Under the pieces are notes generated by a model, which worked only from the letters and a program-made list of their open reading frames with translations, was not told the DNA's origin and made no database searches. Of a DNA stretch of 64,000 bases, positions 37,101-49,511 are shown piece after piece. How positions within the stretch are numbered: the stretch's first letter is position 1; every line of letters begins with the position of its first letter. The position numbers and the translations under genes are program-made. The stretch comes from Antedon mediterranea (lineage: Eukaryota; Animalia; Echinodermata). The DNA is taken from NCBI RefSeq assembly GCF_964355755.1, contig NC_092679.1, positions 16,103,432 through 16,167,431 of the forward strand, given 5' to 3'.

Positions 37101-40100
37101 CGATGTTAAACTTTGGATGCAGTTTGTTAAGTTTCAGGATGAAATTGCATTGCGTGGACATAGTATTTATTTTAGCGGGGAAACAGACGATAAACGCCGA
37201 AAATTAAGTAGACTTGTTCTGGAGAAGAAGATTGCGATTTTAGAACGAGCAATTGTGACAAACACGTCATCTTTAGAATTAAAATTAGAGCATGTTGAAC
37301 TCTGTATGGAAATATGGAATAGTAAAGAATTAAAGGAACATTGGGACAAAATGATTTTTCAGCACCCAAATGATCCATTGTTATGGAATGCTTACTTGAT
37401 GTTTGTTCAGTCACAATTTTCCACGTTCACCTTTAATAAGGTGTTATCTGTTTATGGAAAATGTATTGGAAAGTTGGCTACAATAATGGAAGGTCAGATG
37501 TCCACTCACAAACCTTTACCCAACACTGATCTACATTTATTAGGTTAGTTTTGTTTTGTTAACCCTTGGGTTGGAGTAAATCCTAAATTCAGATTTAATT
37601 TGTTGCATCTAGGTTAAAGCTCTGTCTAAACTATCAAACTGTATGTGACAACAAAATGTGACAGTGCCCATACAGTATATGGACACGATGATGTCATATC
37701 ACTAACATATTTGGGTATCACACTAGTTTGATAATATATACAGTATATATATTCTTATTGTAACATTGTGGTAGATGTTGCTTCCACTCAGTTTCACACA
37801 TACAGGTATTGTTTGTAAGGAAAGTTTAACAAAATGATCTAAATTGTTTTGGCTCGGTCGCTCTTTACGTAAAGTAAGTAAATTTGTTTATTTGTAGGTA
37901 TATTCTGTCAGTTATGTGAGGTTATTCGTCAGAGTGGCTATACTGAAAAGGCTGTATGCTGTTACCAAGCTATGATAGAGTTTAATCTATTTGGATCCCA
38001 CAAACTTGATGCAACAACACCGCATAATGAACAAGTAAGAGAGTACGAGAAGCATTAACAAAAGGACTCATGACCGTCGCAAGGTTGAGCCATTACCCCT
38101 CTGTTAAAAATGAAGACTGGCTCTCTAAAAATAATTTCTGGTATTTCCTTGTTGGAAAGACATGCCCTGACAATAGTTACCATTGACAGTTCTTGTCTCT
38201 CCCCAGTGCTCTTTGTATGTACAGTATTTCACTGAAACTACCTATCTTAAGACACCAAAGCAATTCAAAGCAACCAATCTTCCTTCTAGCCAATTGGGTA
38301 AACTTACCACTATATTATAAACAAATTTGACCCAAAACACCATGCCAAAAACTAAATTCATATGTGCATCCTTCCTTTTGCAGAGTGCATTTCTGGAGAT
38401 ATTTTGGGACAGTGAAGAACCAAAATTCGGTGAGAAAGGTGCTAATGGCTGGAACTCATGGATGAAAATGAAGCAAAAAGGAGGATGGAAGCAATTGCCA
38501 TCTTCCACTGGTATGCATTGTATAGTTATTTTCCACCTCCTTGTCATTATAGTGCCCTTGAAGCCCTAAGCTAATATGAAATATGTTTATATATCGCTTC
38601 AAAAACTACAGTACATTTTATTCTTTCAGAAGTAAGTGAAGTTGATGAAGAAATAGAGAATGACAAGATTCCAGAATCATGTGTTGATACTTGGCAAAGC
38701 TGGGTTTATCTGGAGACCGCTAGAGAGCAAAGACATTTTCTACCATGGAAACCTGATCCAGATAAAGATGTAACAGAAGATGATTGCGAAGATCCAGAGA
38801 GAATGGTAGTCTTTGATGATGTCAGTGCATTTCTCTTCAAGATAAAGTCAGAAGAACTGCAGTATAAACTTCTCTTGAACTTTTTACGCTTCCTTGGGGT
38901 AACGGTCCCAACATTTGGATCGTCCAATGATTATGAAGTTTGTAGACACTCTATGTATGCGTTACAGCATACTGACCAAATATTTTTTAAGTCTAACTAT
39001 TCCTTAACAGACCCAATAAACTATGACTATAAACAGTTATCGGTAGGAGTCACCAGCAACTGTTCTCAACTGGGTGTTGGAACGACATCTGAATCAAGCC
39101 AGCTTACACCACCTAGAATAATTGGTTCATTTAAACAATTTGTCAGAAATGTCTTGGCTCAATCTTTACAACTTTTCACTTCCAACAAACGGACTACTCT
39201 GCTACTTATTTGGATCAAATTTGAATACGAGCAGTTTGACAATGGTAGCATAAATGATGACAAATCAAAGAAGAAAGCTTTTAAACAGCATTGTAAGGAT
39301 GTCAGAAAGTTTGCCAAGTGTATTCTGAAGGAGGAGGTCAACAGGAATAACCTTTTACTCTGGGAAGTTTATGCCAAACTTGAGTGGAAGCTTGGAAATG
39401 TGGAAGAAGCTCGACGAGTTATAGGAACTGCTCTTGGTATGAGTGGGCAGGTGATGTCTGGTCAAGAAGTCAGGAACTCTATACCAAGCTTAGTCGCATC
39501 TTATACATACTTAGAACTGGACTTAGATGCTAATGTAAGATCATTCATTACCAACAAGAAAGAAAAGATGAATAATGATGGAATTGATCGACTTCTTAAG
39601 GTATTGACATGGCTAGGTCAAGGTTCAGAAGTATTTTCAAACCCAGAATCTGATGAAACATCTGCTCTTGACATTTTGAAAGCAAGACGAGGATTTCAAA
39701 CAAATTTGGATGCTAAAATGGAAACGTACAAGAGTGCTTTGCTTTCCTCAGAGGAATCAGACGATTTAGAATACTTTCTTGAGTATGTGTGTTGTTATGC
39801 ATGGTTCCAGTACATTACTGTTGGATTACAAGCAGCTACTGTTGTCTTTGAAGAAAGCCTTTCTTTTCTAAAGACTCATTCTGCCAAGAAAAGAGAATTT
39901 AACGACACTTATATTGATTCTTTCACCACAACCCTACAAAAACATTATGAGGATATATTTCTAAATTATATCAAACTTGTGATTTATCACATACTAAGAA
40001 ACCCAACCCCATTGACAATGATTCGCAGTATCCTACAGAGGGCGCTTTTGGCTTTTCCTCGCAGTGCTGTATTCTTACAGCTGTTCATTTCGCTTGAGAT

Positions 40101-41230
40101 GAAGTCATTGATTATCGGTAGAGTGCGAAGGTATTTTGATGGGAGTCTACAATCATCCGTTTCACCAGTGGTATGGCTTTATAGCATACAAGCTGAGATG
40201 ACAAGAGACGACATGTTGGCTAAGTCAAGACAGGAGCTTGATACTGCAATATCAGGTAAGATTTAGTAGGTGTACTACAACTTAAGATAAAGATTAAGGA
40301 TGTCCACTGCAACTTCAGATAAAGATTAAGAAAGTCTACTGCAACTTGAGATAAAGTTTATGGAGGTCTACTGCAGCATCTGGTAAGAATAAGGTCTGCT
40401 GCAGCATCAAGTAAGATTAAGGAGGTCTACTGAAACATCAAGTAAGATTAAGAAGGTCTAATGCAAATTCAAATAAAGACTGAAGAGGTCTACTGCAACA
40501 TATAAGATTAAAGAGGTCTACTGTGGTAGAACAGTTAGATTAACTTCCAATTAATTATTATACTGTATATGCAATAAATTATCATTTTCATCTAGCCTTT
40601 ATTCTTTTGTAATTGACTTATTTAAATAGCCCATCTAATAAATATTTTGGTTGTTTTATTAATTTGTTTATTTTGTCTTCTATAGACATCAACACTGGAA
40701 TAACACATAGAATACGTTCTTTATTCATGAAGGCTGTTTCTGATCAGGCTACCAGACATAGTGTACTCATATGGAGAATGTTTATACAGTTTGAGGTAGT
40801 ATGCTACAATATACAAATTAATCATATTTCGTTTCTAAAAGTAGAAGTATACAGTACATAATGTAATACAGTTTAACAACTTTTTCATTTTTCTAAGGCT
40901 TGTCGTGGGGACATGAAGAAGGCCAAGTCATTATTCTTTCGGGCTATACAGTGTTGTCCCTGGGCTAAGGTGTGTAATTTATCGATATGATTTTATTTAT
41001 TTTTTATATTGTATTCTTCCCTGAAACATTTGAATCTAAAAAGCAAGCAATAGTATTTAAATTGATTTTAATTTATTTACTTTTAATAGGTTCTGTATCT
41101 AGATGCTGTTCGATACTTTCCAGATGAACTGCAAAACATCTTGGATATTTTAATGGAAAAAGATCTTCACATTAGAGTGCCAATTGAAGAAGTGGAACTC
41201 CTGATGAAAGTGGAGTCCTCAAACAAATAG
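31126..41230 (+). CDS. NRDE2: NRDE2 (nuclear exosome regulator / nuclear RNAi defective-2), HAT-repeat protein, 9 exons, ~1240 aa
   Basis: Exons 31126-31201, 35576-35957, 36492-37543, 37898-38034, 38384-38510, 38630-40255, 40686-40795, 40898-40969, 41090-41230 sum to 3723 nt in frame. Motifs MFPS, WLVNESF, K-rich tract, YNKKLRENPNDVKLWMQFVKFQD, QSGYTEKAVCCYQAMIEFN, FWDSEEPKFGEKGANGW, EDPERMVVFDDV, RAIQCCPWAKVLYLDA, MEKDLHIR. Confidence 0.95.
31320..32152. mobile_element. MITE with TGT...ACA ends and subterminal palindromic repeats TTGCGCAATTTGAAATTGCGCAA
   Basis: TIR TGTTATGCGCGATTTGAA / TTCAAATCGCGCATAACA; flanking duplication TAGTG (9/10 match if extended). Confidence 0.85.
32242..34390. 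mobile_element. Non-autonomous DNA transposon with 17-bp subterminal tandem arrays and 8-bp TSD
   Basis: Left array (AAAGTCGCCCCATCGCA)n 32254-32452 and inverted array 34183-34380; exact TSD GCTAGGCC at 32234-32241 and 34391-34398; GG...CC ends (MULE/Merlin-like). No intact transposase seen. Confidence 0.9.
35999..36139. mobile_element. Family A MITE copy in NRDE2 intron 2
   Basis: Left TIR AGCTCTGTCTATACTATCAAACTTTATGTGAC; CCATATTTGG at 36082. Confidence 0.8.
37618..37745. mobile_element. Family A MITE copy in NRDE2 intron 3
   Basis: Left TIR AGCTCTGTCTAAACTATCAAAC; CArG disrupted by a CAGTA insertion at ~37673. Confidence 0.8.
40245..40525. repeat. ~31-bp minisatellite beginning at an NRDE2 splice donor
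   Basis: About 8 units of TAAGATTAAGGAGGTCTACTGCAACATCAAG; the first unit spans the exon 6 end and donor. Confidence 0.85.
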
Positions 41231-41562
41231 TTTCTGGGCATTTAAGAGGAACTAGGTTCTTTACATAGAGTATCAATTAAAAAAAGTTGAAAGGATGAAA
41301 CCGAAATCTTCAAACAGCTAGGTTCTGTGAATTAGAGTACCAGTACCAGAACTGAGAACTCCTGATGAAAGTAAAGCCTTCAAACAACTAGGTTCTTCAC
41401 ATTAGAAGACCTCCTGATGAAAGTGAAGCGTTCAAACATCTAGGTTATTCACATTAGAGGAACTCCTGATGAAATTAAATCTTCAAACAACTAGGTTCTT
41501 CGCATTGAAGTACCAATTGAAGAAGTAGAACTCCTGATGAAAGTGGAGCCTCCAAACAACTT
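41160..41562 (+). repeat. Degenerate tandem duplications of the NRDE2 terminal coding segment in the 3' UTR
   Basis: CTTCACATTAGAG...GAACTCCTGATGAAAGTGGAG.CCTCAAACAA.TAGGTT recurs ~6 times (50-70-bp units). Confidence 0.85.
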
Positions 41563-41781
41563 CATTCAATTCAAAAAGATTTTTTTGTGAACTTAAAAAT
41601 GCTGATGAAACTGAAAAAGAAATGTTGCTATACCAAAGTGAATATTTATAATTTAATAATGAATCCTAATACTGTATATATTTAGGCCTATAAGATGTTT
41701 TATTCTTGTTAAATGTCCAAAAATATACAGGAGTACTTTACTTCTTTAATATAAACAGTGTGGCTGCATTATTTATTTCTA

Positions 41782-43146
41782 TTACTTCTCAACACCATCT
41801 GCTGCAGCTTCATTCGTAGTCATACTTAAAACCGAGCATATTGATGTGTTCGATATTGTACTTATCGAGTTATAATTCTTCAGAAAGTTTTCCAAAGTTT
41901 CCAAGTTTTGGTTGAGATGTTCCATCGTTTCCTCAGCGTGTTTGATGTCAAAATCTTTATCTTGATGGCAAAATAAACCAATTACGTCTTCTCTATTAAT
42001 GTTTGGTTCATCGTCGCTCGTTGAGTCCTCTTTAAGTGTCTCCATTGCAGGCGGGATACGAAACGAAAACGGCATTCCTCCATAATCCATCGACGTACGT
42101 CGTACAACTCGTGGTGCGTTTGACTTCTGAAGCTTTGGACCACCAGCTATTGATGATCGCCGTGCTTTTGGATTCCATCCTGCTGGCCAACCAGGTGGAG
42201 CGAGTTCCTCTACTATTATAGATTCTTCAGATGATTCTTTTGACGCAATTAATCCCGTTGGCCGACTTCCATCATCGTCGTCATCATCATTGCTGTCATT
42301 ACTCCATGGATATTTCATGTCTGATCCAGACGAACTCGATTCTGGTTCCTCATAAAGAAGGGGAAACACATGGTATTTAGTTTCCTTTCCAGAATTATTT
42401 GTCAGAGAAATATTTCCCGTCATGTAATCAGTTGTGACAATAGAATGTCTTCTTGTTTCAGTTTTTACAAAGACCAAGTCTTTCTCTTCTGCTTCTGATA
42501 CTCGCTTCAGAAGCAACGGGAATGCTTTTTTATAGTCTAAATCGAGAGTACTAAACGGTTTATCGCTCCAGTCCTTGACATCTGAAACCGTCTGCTTTCC
42601 AAAGCTCAGAGCAAGTGGTTTTCGGATTGCTTGATGACAACCTTTTTTTATGGAAATGGGTGGCGGAAATCTGAAAGTATAACCAGAGAACCAATCCACA
42701 TCAAAGTCGTAATCAACTTTAACTGGTTTTTCTGGCGGTGGTTTATTTCTTTCTCGTTCTGCTATTTCAAAATCGCGTTGTTTCCGTTTATAAATTACCT
42801 CTGAATTATTAAAACTTTCAGACTCAAAAAAATCTGTCAGAGGTTTTGTTTGCGCGACATGGTTCTTCCGTTTTTGCTTCTCTCCAACAGGCAACAGGCG
42901 AAGAGTAGAAAAGCCTACCACTTTTCGCTGTGGTTTTGTTAACACACCATCTGGTTTCCGTCTATACATTAGATTTGACAATAAAAATACACAATAATTA
43001 CGTGACCATCTCTTGAATGTGTTTACAGTACAAAAGAGATGTAACCATAACGACGCGATACTAAAATACGCAACGCGGATCGCACGTTGTATGTGCGCGA
43101 CGCATAGTTCTGTTGTTGAGAGAGAAGTTTTCAAAGCTTTTAACAT
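41782..43146 (-). CDS. Intronless 454-aa protein of unknown function
   Basis: 1365-nt ORF in AT-rich DNA, with higher GC than its flanks; hydrophobic N-terminus, acidic/Ser tract, RRHS/RRSS/RRTS motifs, short C-terminal coiled-coil-like stretch. No domain recognised. Confidence 0.75.
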   Translation of the reverse strand: MLKALKTSLSTTELCVAHIQRAIRVAYFSIASLWLHLFCTVNTFKRWSRNYCVFLLSNLMYRRKPDGVLTKPQRKVVGFSTLRLLPVGEKQKRKNHVAQTKPLTDFFESESFNNSEVIYKRKQRDFEIAERERNKPPPEKPVKVDYDFDVDWFSGYTFRFPPPISIKKGCHQAIRKPLALSFGKQTVSDVKDWSDKPFSTLDLDYKKAFPLLLKRVSEAEEKDLVFVKTETRRHSIVTTDYMTGNISLTNNSGKETKYHVFPLLYEEPESSSSGSDMKYPWSNDSNDDDDDDGSRPTGLIASKESSEESIIVEELAPPGWPAGWNPKARRSSIAGGPKLQKSNAPRVVRRTSMDYGGMPFSFRIPPAMETLKEDSTSDDEPNINREDVIGLFCHQDKDFDIKHAEETMEHLNQNLETLENFLKNYNSISTISNTSICSVLSMTTNEAAADGVEK

Positions 43147-43289
43147 GAGTGGCTTTCCGAATGTTAGAATGTACTCAAGGAATAAAGAATTATCAAATAC
43201 ATTTACTAAAACAATTTTGCCTTTTAACTTGCTTTTTCTAAGAGGTATATCTGAAAGTATTTGAGTTTTCAGATTTTAGAGTACATTCT

Positions 43290-43910
43290 ATACCTTTGTT
43301 TAAGCAATTGTTGATTTTAGATGTTTTTAAATTGTATGAGTTGCATGTGCTTAAATTTATTTCCGATTTATTTTATTCTAGATTACCTCATCATATTATA
43401 CTATACTTTAACTATGTAAGCCATCCATTTAACACCCGATTTAATGACCCGTTTAATCTCTCGATCCCCTTTTGCCGTGCGACTCTATCTCAAACCAATA
43501 TAACATACCAAGGTCCCAAACTCTGGAATAAACTCCTAGTAAATATTAAGTCAATTTCATTTAGAACACAATTTGCCATCAAAGTCAAAGAACATTTAAT
43601 AACCTTATATGATGCTTAGTTTTTCTATTTAAAAAAAAAACAAATAAAAATGTGTATATTACTCTTCTATTACTTATTTCATATTCATATTGATAATGCC
43701 AGTGAGTTATTAATTGTCATTTATGTAATTAATTTTCTTCAGATTTTTCTTTCTCAGAAATGATATACGTTCTAGTTTAAGTTTTATTCATTTTAAAAGG
43801 CCAAAACTCGATAAGCGAAAGCTTTTTTTTTGGTCTTTTGTCTTTAGTTTTGATTTTATGTATGTGAAAAATAACAAACAAGAAAGAAAGACAATAAAGA
43901 TTATTATTAT
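43290..43910 (+). mobile_element. 5'-truncated CR1/L2-group LINE 3' end
   Basis: ORF 43296-43619 has HPFNTR...TYQGPKLWNKL, homologous to the C-terminus of the LINE at 59933-60475; ends AATAAAG(ATT)n. Confidence 0.85.
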
Positions 43911-44610
43911 AGTGTATGTATATTGAAAGGTCTAAGTGTAGTGTGTAGGGAGGCGATGTAGACTAGACCTACAATTAACGCAACGGGAAGCGCGTGAATA
44001 GATATAATTATAAATAAAGGTCAACAGTTATATTAAATATATTAATCAAATTGAAAGAAACGAAAAAAAAAACCACAGAAAATGTCGAATTAGATTGATC
44101 TTTTGAGAATATTATAAAAGCCTGAAAATATTAATATATGAATTTTTATAATAACATTTATATAGCGCCCTCTTTCGTAAGTTTCTTAAACAGCAGACGA
44201 TCCGACGGGAACAATAGTAGACTAAAGTAAGTTCTAAACACATGTAAGTATGTAGTCTGGGTTCCAGACGGAGTTTTGTCTTAATATTAGTAAAAAGATA
44301 AATATTTTGGCACATATGGCGTTTCATACGTATACTACTTGATTTTGGATACTCCAGAAAAAAATCGCGGTCGAAATAAAAACAAACAAATAAATTAAAA
44401 AAAAGATAATACAGACTTGGGGCAAGTCTAGTAAGTATGCTTAACTGTTAGTTTCTGTTTTATGTCTATTTATGATCTAATTTATTATACAGAACATTTA
44501 GAGTATCTTTAGCATCATTCGATTTATTTTATCCATGTAAGAATTATGAAGGTAAACAATTTTGTTAGCCAAGTCAGCACTTGGCATTGGTGGCAGGGAC
44601 ATGGAAGTTG

Positions 44611-45664
44611 GGGTGTCACGAAACCTAAGACCACGAAAGCTAAGACCTCCTAAGACCTAAGATCACGAAAGCTAAGACCCAAGACTTAAGATTACAAATT
44701 CTAAGGTATTATACAGCTTAAAAACAATACTTGTTTATCCATACATAATTTTAAACACAGTAGGTTTCATTTATTACCATAAATATAATTTAATACTACC
44801 GCAAAACATAGATAAACTCACATTATTTTCGCCCGTTGAGTAAATGTATATTTTTTCTTTACAACAAACAAACTTGACGGGTTGTTTGTTGGTATATATT
44901 TACTCCAATGTGTTGGTTCAGAGGATGTTTTTCTTACGCACCTGCCTTTCTTGTATTTTGACTCCAAATTTGTTGACAAACTTTATCCTGAATACCACAC
45001 TTTAAAATTAGGACTTATAAGTACTTTCAGAAGGAGAAACACATAATAACAAATAAATAAATCCTTTAAATTGATGATTTTACAGACGTGTTTCTTTGTA
45101 TACTGTAATGTAACTCCTCGAGCTCACCATGCTCAATGTTTTTGTTTCTATGGAGCGCCAAAAGAGCAACAATAATAGAACAAGTATAAAAACAGAAAGA
45201 AAACGAAACAAAAAAACTTATCATGATTTTTAAGTTAAAATTTATTTGCCAGTATTTATTTCTTCGTACTTGCATTACAATTTTAATTTTACATTGTTCC
45301 ATCCACACTGTAGATGGACTCCACAGAGTTTTCAGCCCTCTATATAAATTTTGCTCTTTTGACGTTCCATAGAAACAAAAACATTGAACATGGGGTAGGT
45401 CTACTAGTGTAGGCTAGTCATTTTGTGTGCGAGAAAAACGTCTGTAAAATCATCAATTTAAAAATGTATTTGTTACTTTTTATGTGATTCTTTTTCATGA
45501 AAGTGCCAATTCTAAGGTGTGGTATTCAGAATAAATGTTGGGAGTTAAAATACAAGGCAGGTGCGAAAGATAAATATTTGTAATCTTAGGTCTTGGGTCT
45601 TAGCTTTCGTGATCTTAGGTCTTAGGGGGTCTTAGCTTTCGTGGTCTTAGGTTTCGTGACACCC
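44611..45664. mobile_element. Foldback/MULE-like non-autonomous element with exact 10-bp TSD
   Basis: TIR GGGTGTCACGAAACCTAAGACCACGAAAGCTAAGACC and its inverse; TSD ATGGAAGTTG at 44601-44610 and 45665-45674; several further internal inverted blocks. Confidence 0.92.
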
Positions 45665-46808
45665 ATGGAAGTTGACCTGGTAAGTAGGAAACTTCTCCTA
45701 GACCTAGTTATGGTAGCCTAGCTGCCTACACGCTTCCTGGAAGAGCATAGCAGTTGTTTAAAAATGTACTATTACTACCAGTATAAATTAAAATTTGAGT
45801 TGAGGCTTTGACAGATAAATTTCAATGCCATCCATCAATAAATGAAATAAATGACATGTTAATGTTATACAATGACAGTTATAAAGGAGAGAATATGAAA
45901 TGTCATGTTTTTCATGAGTTGTTCTCTTGTAGAAGCAAGTTACCTCATAAGCAACACCAACGTTCCATTTCATTTGTTCAAAGAATGAATACAGGCTACT
46001 ACACTACAATTCTAAAGTAAACTTTTGTTTAATGAATTAATAACAAAGCAGACTAGATCATGCACAATTCAATGTTTTGATTGCGGTAACCTATTTTATT
46101 TGTATTTGTGGTTTTTGTTTAAATAGCCATCAGCTATGATCAATAGATATTTTTTGTACATAATCCCATTACACTTTTTGTACATTGCTGTTAGTTGGAA
46201 CCACAACCACTTAATTTAAAAAAGGTTAATTTTCCATTCATTCATTCCTAACAACAATAACCTCAGAGTTTCTTGGAAATGTTCAGTCACATTTTAACAA
46301 AAGGAATGAACCAAAGGTATACAAAGCACTATTGTCAAAGCATTTTAATCCAGGAGGTAGGATCTGGGGATGATTACAGAGGTATCATTTAATAATAGAC
46401 TTTACATAAGATAATGCATACAGATACAAACTGTAAGATCAAATCTTTGAATTGCATTCAACAAATCATTTTTGTTTCAACACCTGCATAACAAATTAAT
46501 TACCTAGTGTAAATGTATATTGGAAAACTTTGAATTCAGGGAATTTACAATTTATATAGGAAGAGCCAGCCCTTGAAATTTCCTACAAAGTTTCATATCT
46601 AACAATGATAAATCCAACAAATGTTAAACAAAGTAAAACAAAAAGGTGTATCAGAAATTATCTAAATATGTAGGTAATAATAGGAGATATCTATTATTCA
46701 TAAAACTACTAAAGAGCCAACATGCTGTACCTATAAATTATGTATTTAAACCATGTAGAACAAACAGAGTTAAATGTATATTATGAAGCTAATTATTAAA
46801 GTTTTTAA

Positions 46809-48198
46809 AGTGGAGCTACACTCAGACTTTCTCAGCTTATATTATGTTTAAGTATGTTTAATTGAAAGTGATTACATAAAAAAAACCAGAAAAATACGGA
46901 AATATTTTCCAAAAACTCATTTCTAAAAAATCGGTCAGAAAATAGTGTTATTTAACAAATTACAGGTTTTCAGTAACTTAGGGGTTATTAGTTTACAATA
47001 CGTCGCGAAACGCGTTACACTTAGCGACTGACGCGTTTTAGTCGCTGGTCAACGCATTGTGGAAATGTCTTCCCTTTGGTAAATTATGTGTCGAAAAATG
47101 GGGAATAAATTTTATAAACACAATTAATACGATTTGTTTAGGCCTAAGTAATATTTCCGATAAGAATGTCAGTATAATTTACATGTAACCTCATGATTTT
47201 CACTGTACAACAACAGCATAATAATCTTATCAGATTGCTTTTAACTTTAAGCTAGGGCTAGGCCTAGCTAAGCCGTCTGCTCAGCCTAGCTAGCTTTGAA
47301 TTTTTGTCTAGAGGCCTATGTATTCATAGGCATGGTCGTTTCGCCCCATTTATCGTTCCTGGGTTTTCTCGCATATTAAGAATTGTGAAACACAAAATCC
47401 TATACAGAACAAGAGTAGTAAAGAATAGTAAAGCGATGTGCAAGCTTAGACCTGACTGAAAAGCAACTATTCAGGCACCCTATCATGGCCCATGGGTAGG
47501 CCAAGGTCGGGTGAAAGCAAAACAAACTTCACTGCTGTCAGCCTAGCCTAGCTAGAGGCCAAGCCACTAAGCAGCATCGGTACATACCTACACTCTCTAG
47601 TAGGCCTAGGCCTAGCTTTATTGAATATATAGCCACATCTTTCTCAAATCTCGTTAAATTTGACATTTTAGTAATAGTCTCATAATCACATTATTACACT
47701 GTGAAACATAATAGGGTCACATTCAGAATGTTTTAATATACTTTTCGCCCGTCAAAAATAACATCGCGACAAAATAACAGATTGCCAGCTGCAGTAGTGT
47801 GATTGTGAAAAATGTCACGTGATCGTACTCCCTAGCAAAATAAAAAACCCAATTGGACCCGAACGGGGGAAAGTGTCTATTTACGCAAAATTGCACAATG
47901 TATACGTGATAAAAATACCAGAAATAGAAAGATCTGGAAAAATTACATAAATAAACATTTTACATTTTTTTTTTGGTGAAGAAATGAATTTTTTAGGATT
48001 ATTCCAATATACCCCCCTTTTGCATGTAAAAGAATAGGAAATTACAAGGTATCCCCCCAAAACGCAAAAAGGCGTGATTTTCAAGAAAATCGTACTCATT
48101 GAAAAGAATTTCAAAAAAATATGAAGTATAAGGGATGATATTTTTAAATAATAGTTGAAATGTATGAAAAATAGTAATTTTCTGGGTGGAGCTCCACT
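46809..48198. mobile_element. Kolobok-like non-autonomous element (TTAA target duplication)
   Basis: TTAA|AGTGGAGCTACACTCAG ... CTGGGTGGAGCTCCACT|TTAA. Confidence 0.8.
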
Positions 48199-48993
48199 TT
48201 AATTCTAGCAACATCTGGGTGCCTATCTGCAGGTGAATACTACCTCACACAAATCAGTCACAGGTTGAATCTGGTTGTTGTCAACCTGTTAATTATTTTA
48301 GTCTACTAAGTTTCATCCATGAATGAATAGCCGCCTAATTCATTTGCTTTTGTTTTTTAATCTGTATTATGAGGTATTGTGTTGAGAAGAAAGGCTCCAT
48401 TTAAAACATTGTACCCATTGGGCTTCTTTTGTTAAACTTTGTTTTCTATTGGTGTTTGAAAAAAAGTGTGGGAGGGCTTAAAATCCTTTGGATCTTTCAT
48501 CAATTACTTTGTATAGTCTTGGTACAGAGATAGTTCTGGTAATGGTAGGTCTGTGCATATCTGTAAAGACTTGGTACTGTATTAGGACATACAGCACTGG
48601 AATACTTCCAAAAGCAGAAATAGTACATCATCGTACGATATACTGAGATTATTTAAACATACAAAAGTACTGGAATTATTAAGGCACCGGCTTGGAATTT
48701 AACTTGGATATCTTTATAGAAAGACCGTAAACTTTTTGTAAACTATTGATTGCATAAAACAAGTTACGCTCGAGCGATTGTCAACAGACTTTTATAAAGT
48801 GTATATATTTAACATAATAGAAACTCTCTATTCATGAACCTTCTATTTTGAAGGTTCAAATGTAGTGTTTGTATTTACTGAACGTTCTTCGTAGAAACAA
48901 CAAGGTGAAAACTTCTTTGATGTTAGGGAGCATATGTTTCAATTAGATCAATAATGAGTATAATTAGCTAGCGGATCTCAACAAGAGTTAACA

Positions 48994-49472
48994 ATGAAGA
49001 GCTTCAAAAGCCAATTTACAGGTGTGGATGGTATGAATGGGGGTGAAGTAAAGATGACTACATCAAGGCCTAGACACCAGCCTAGACCCATCCAATCATG
49101 GACTGCAGACTCGGTTAAAATGAAAACAAGACGCAAGGAGAATGGATTTACTTCACCCAGAGTGTTGTACAGCGCCAACCGGAACCCTCTCCCCGTCAAA
49201 CATTCTGTTGGCGGTGAATGGGTGATAGAAGAGTGCGAGGTATTATTATATTTTGTTGTTTATTTACATTGTACAGTATGTGAGCACATCTAATCCCTTA
49301 AAGCAACCACTTCAAGCGGGACTTCAAGCGGGACTTCACTCCACTCCACTCCACTCCACTCCACTCCCAAAGACTTGTAATAAAGACTTTGTTTATGTAG
49401 AGCATTGTGTGTATATGTTTGTCTCGTGAACGGATTTCCACCTTTAAGAAGGATAGTGATTGAATTTGCTTA

Positions 49473-49511
<39 letters not shown>

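Noticed and set aside
49337-49510. (ACTCC)n, AATAAA and a ~32-nt poly(A) run
   Set aside because: May be a retroposed 3' end, but I found no TSD or recognisable body.
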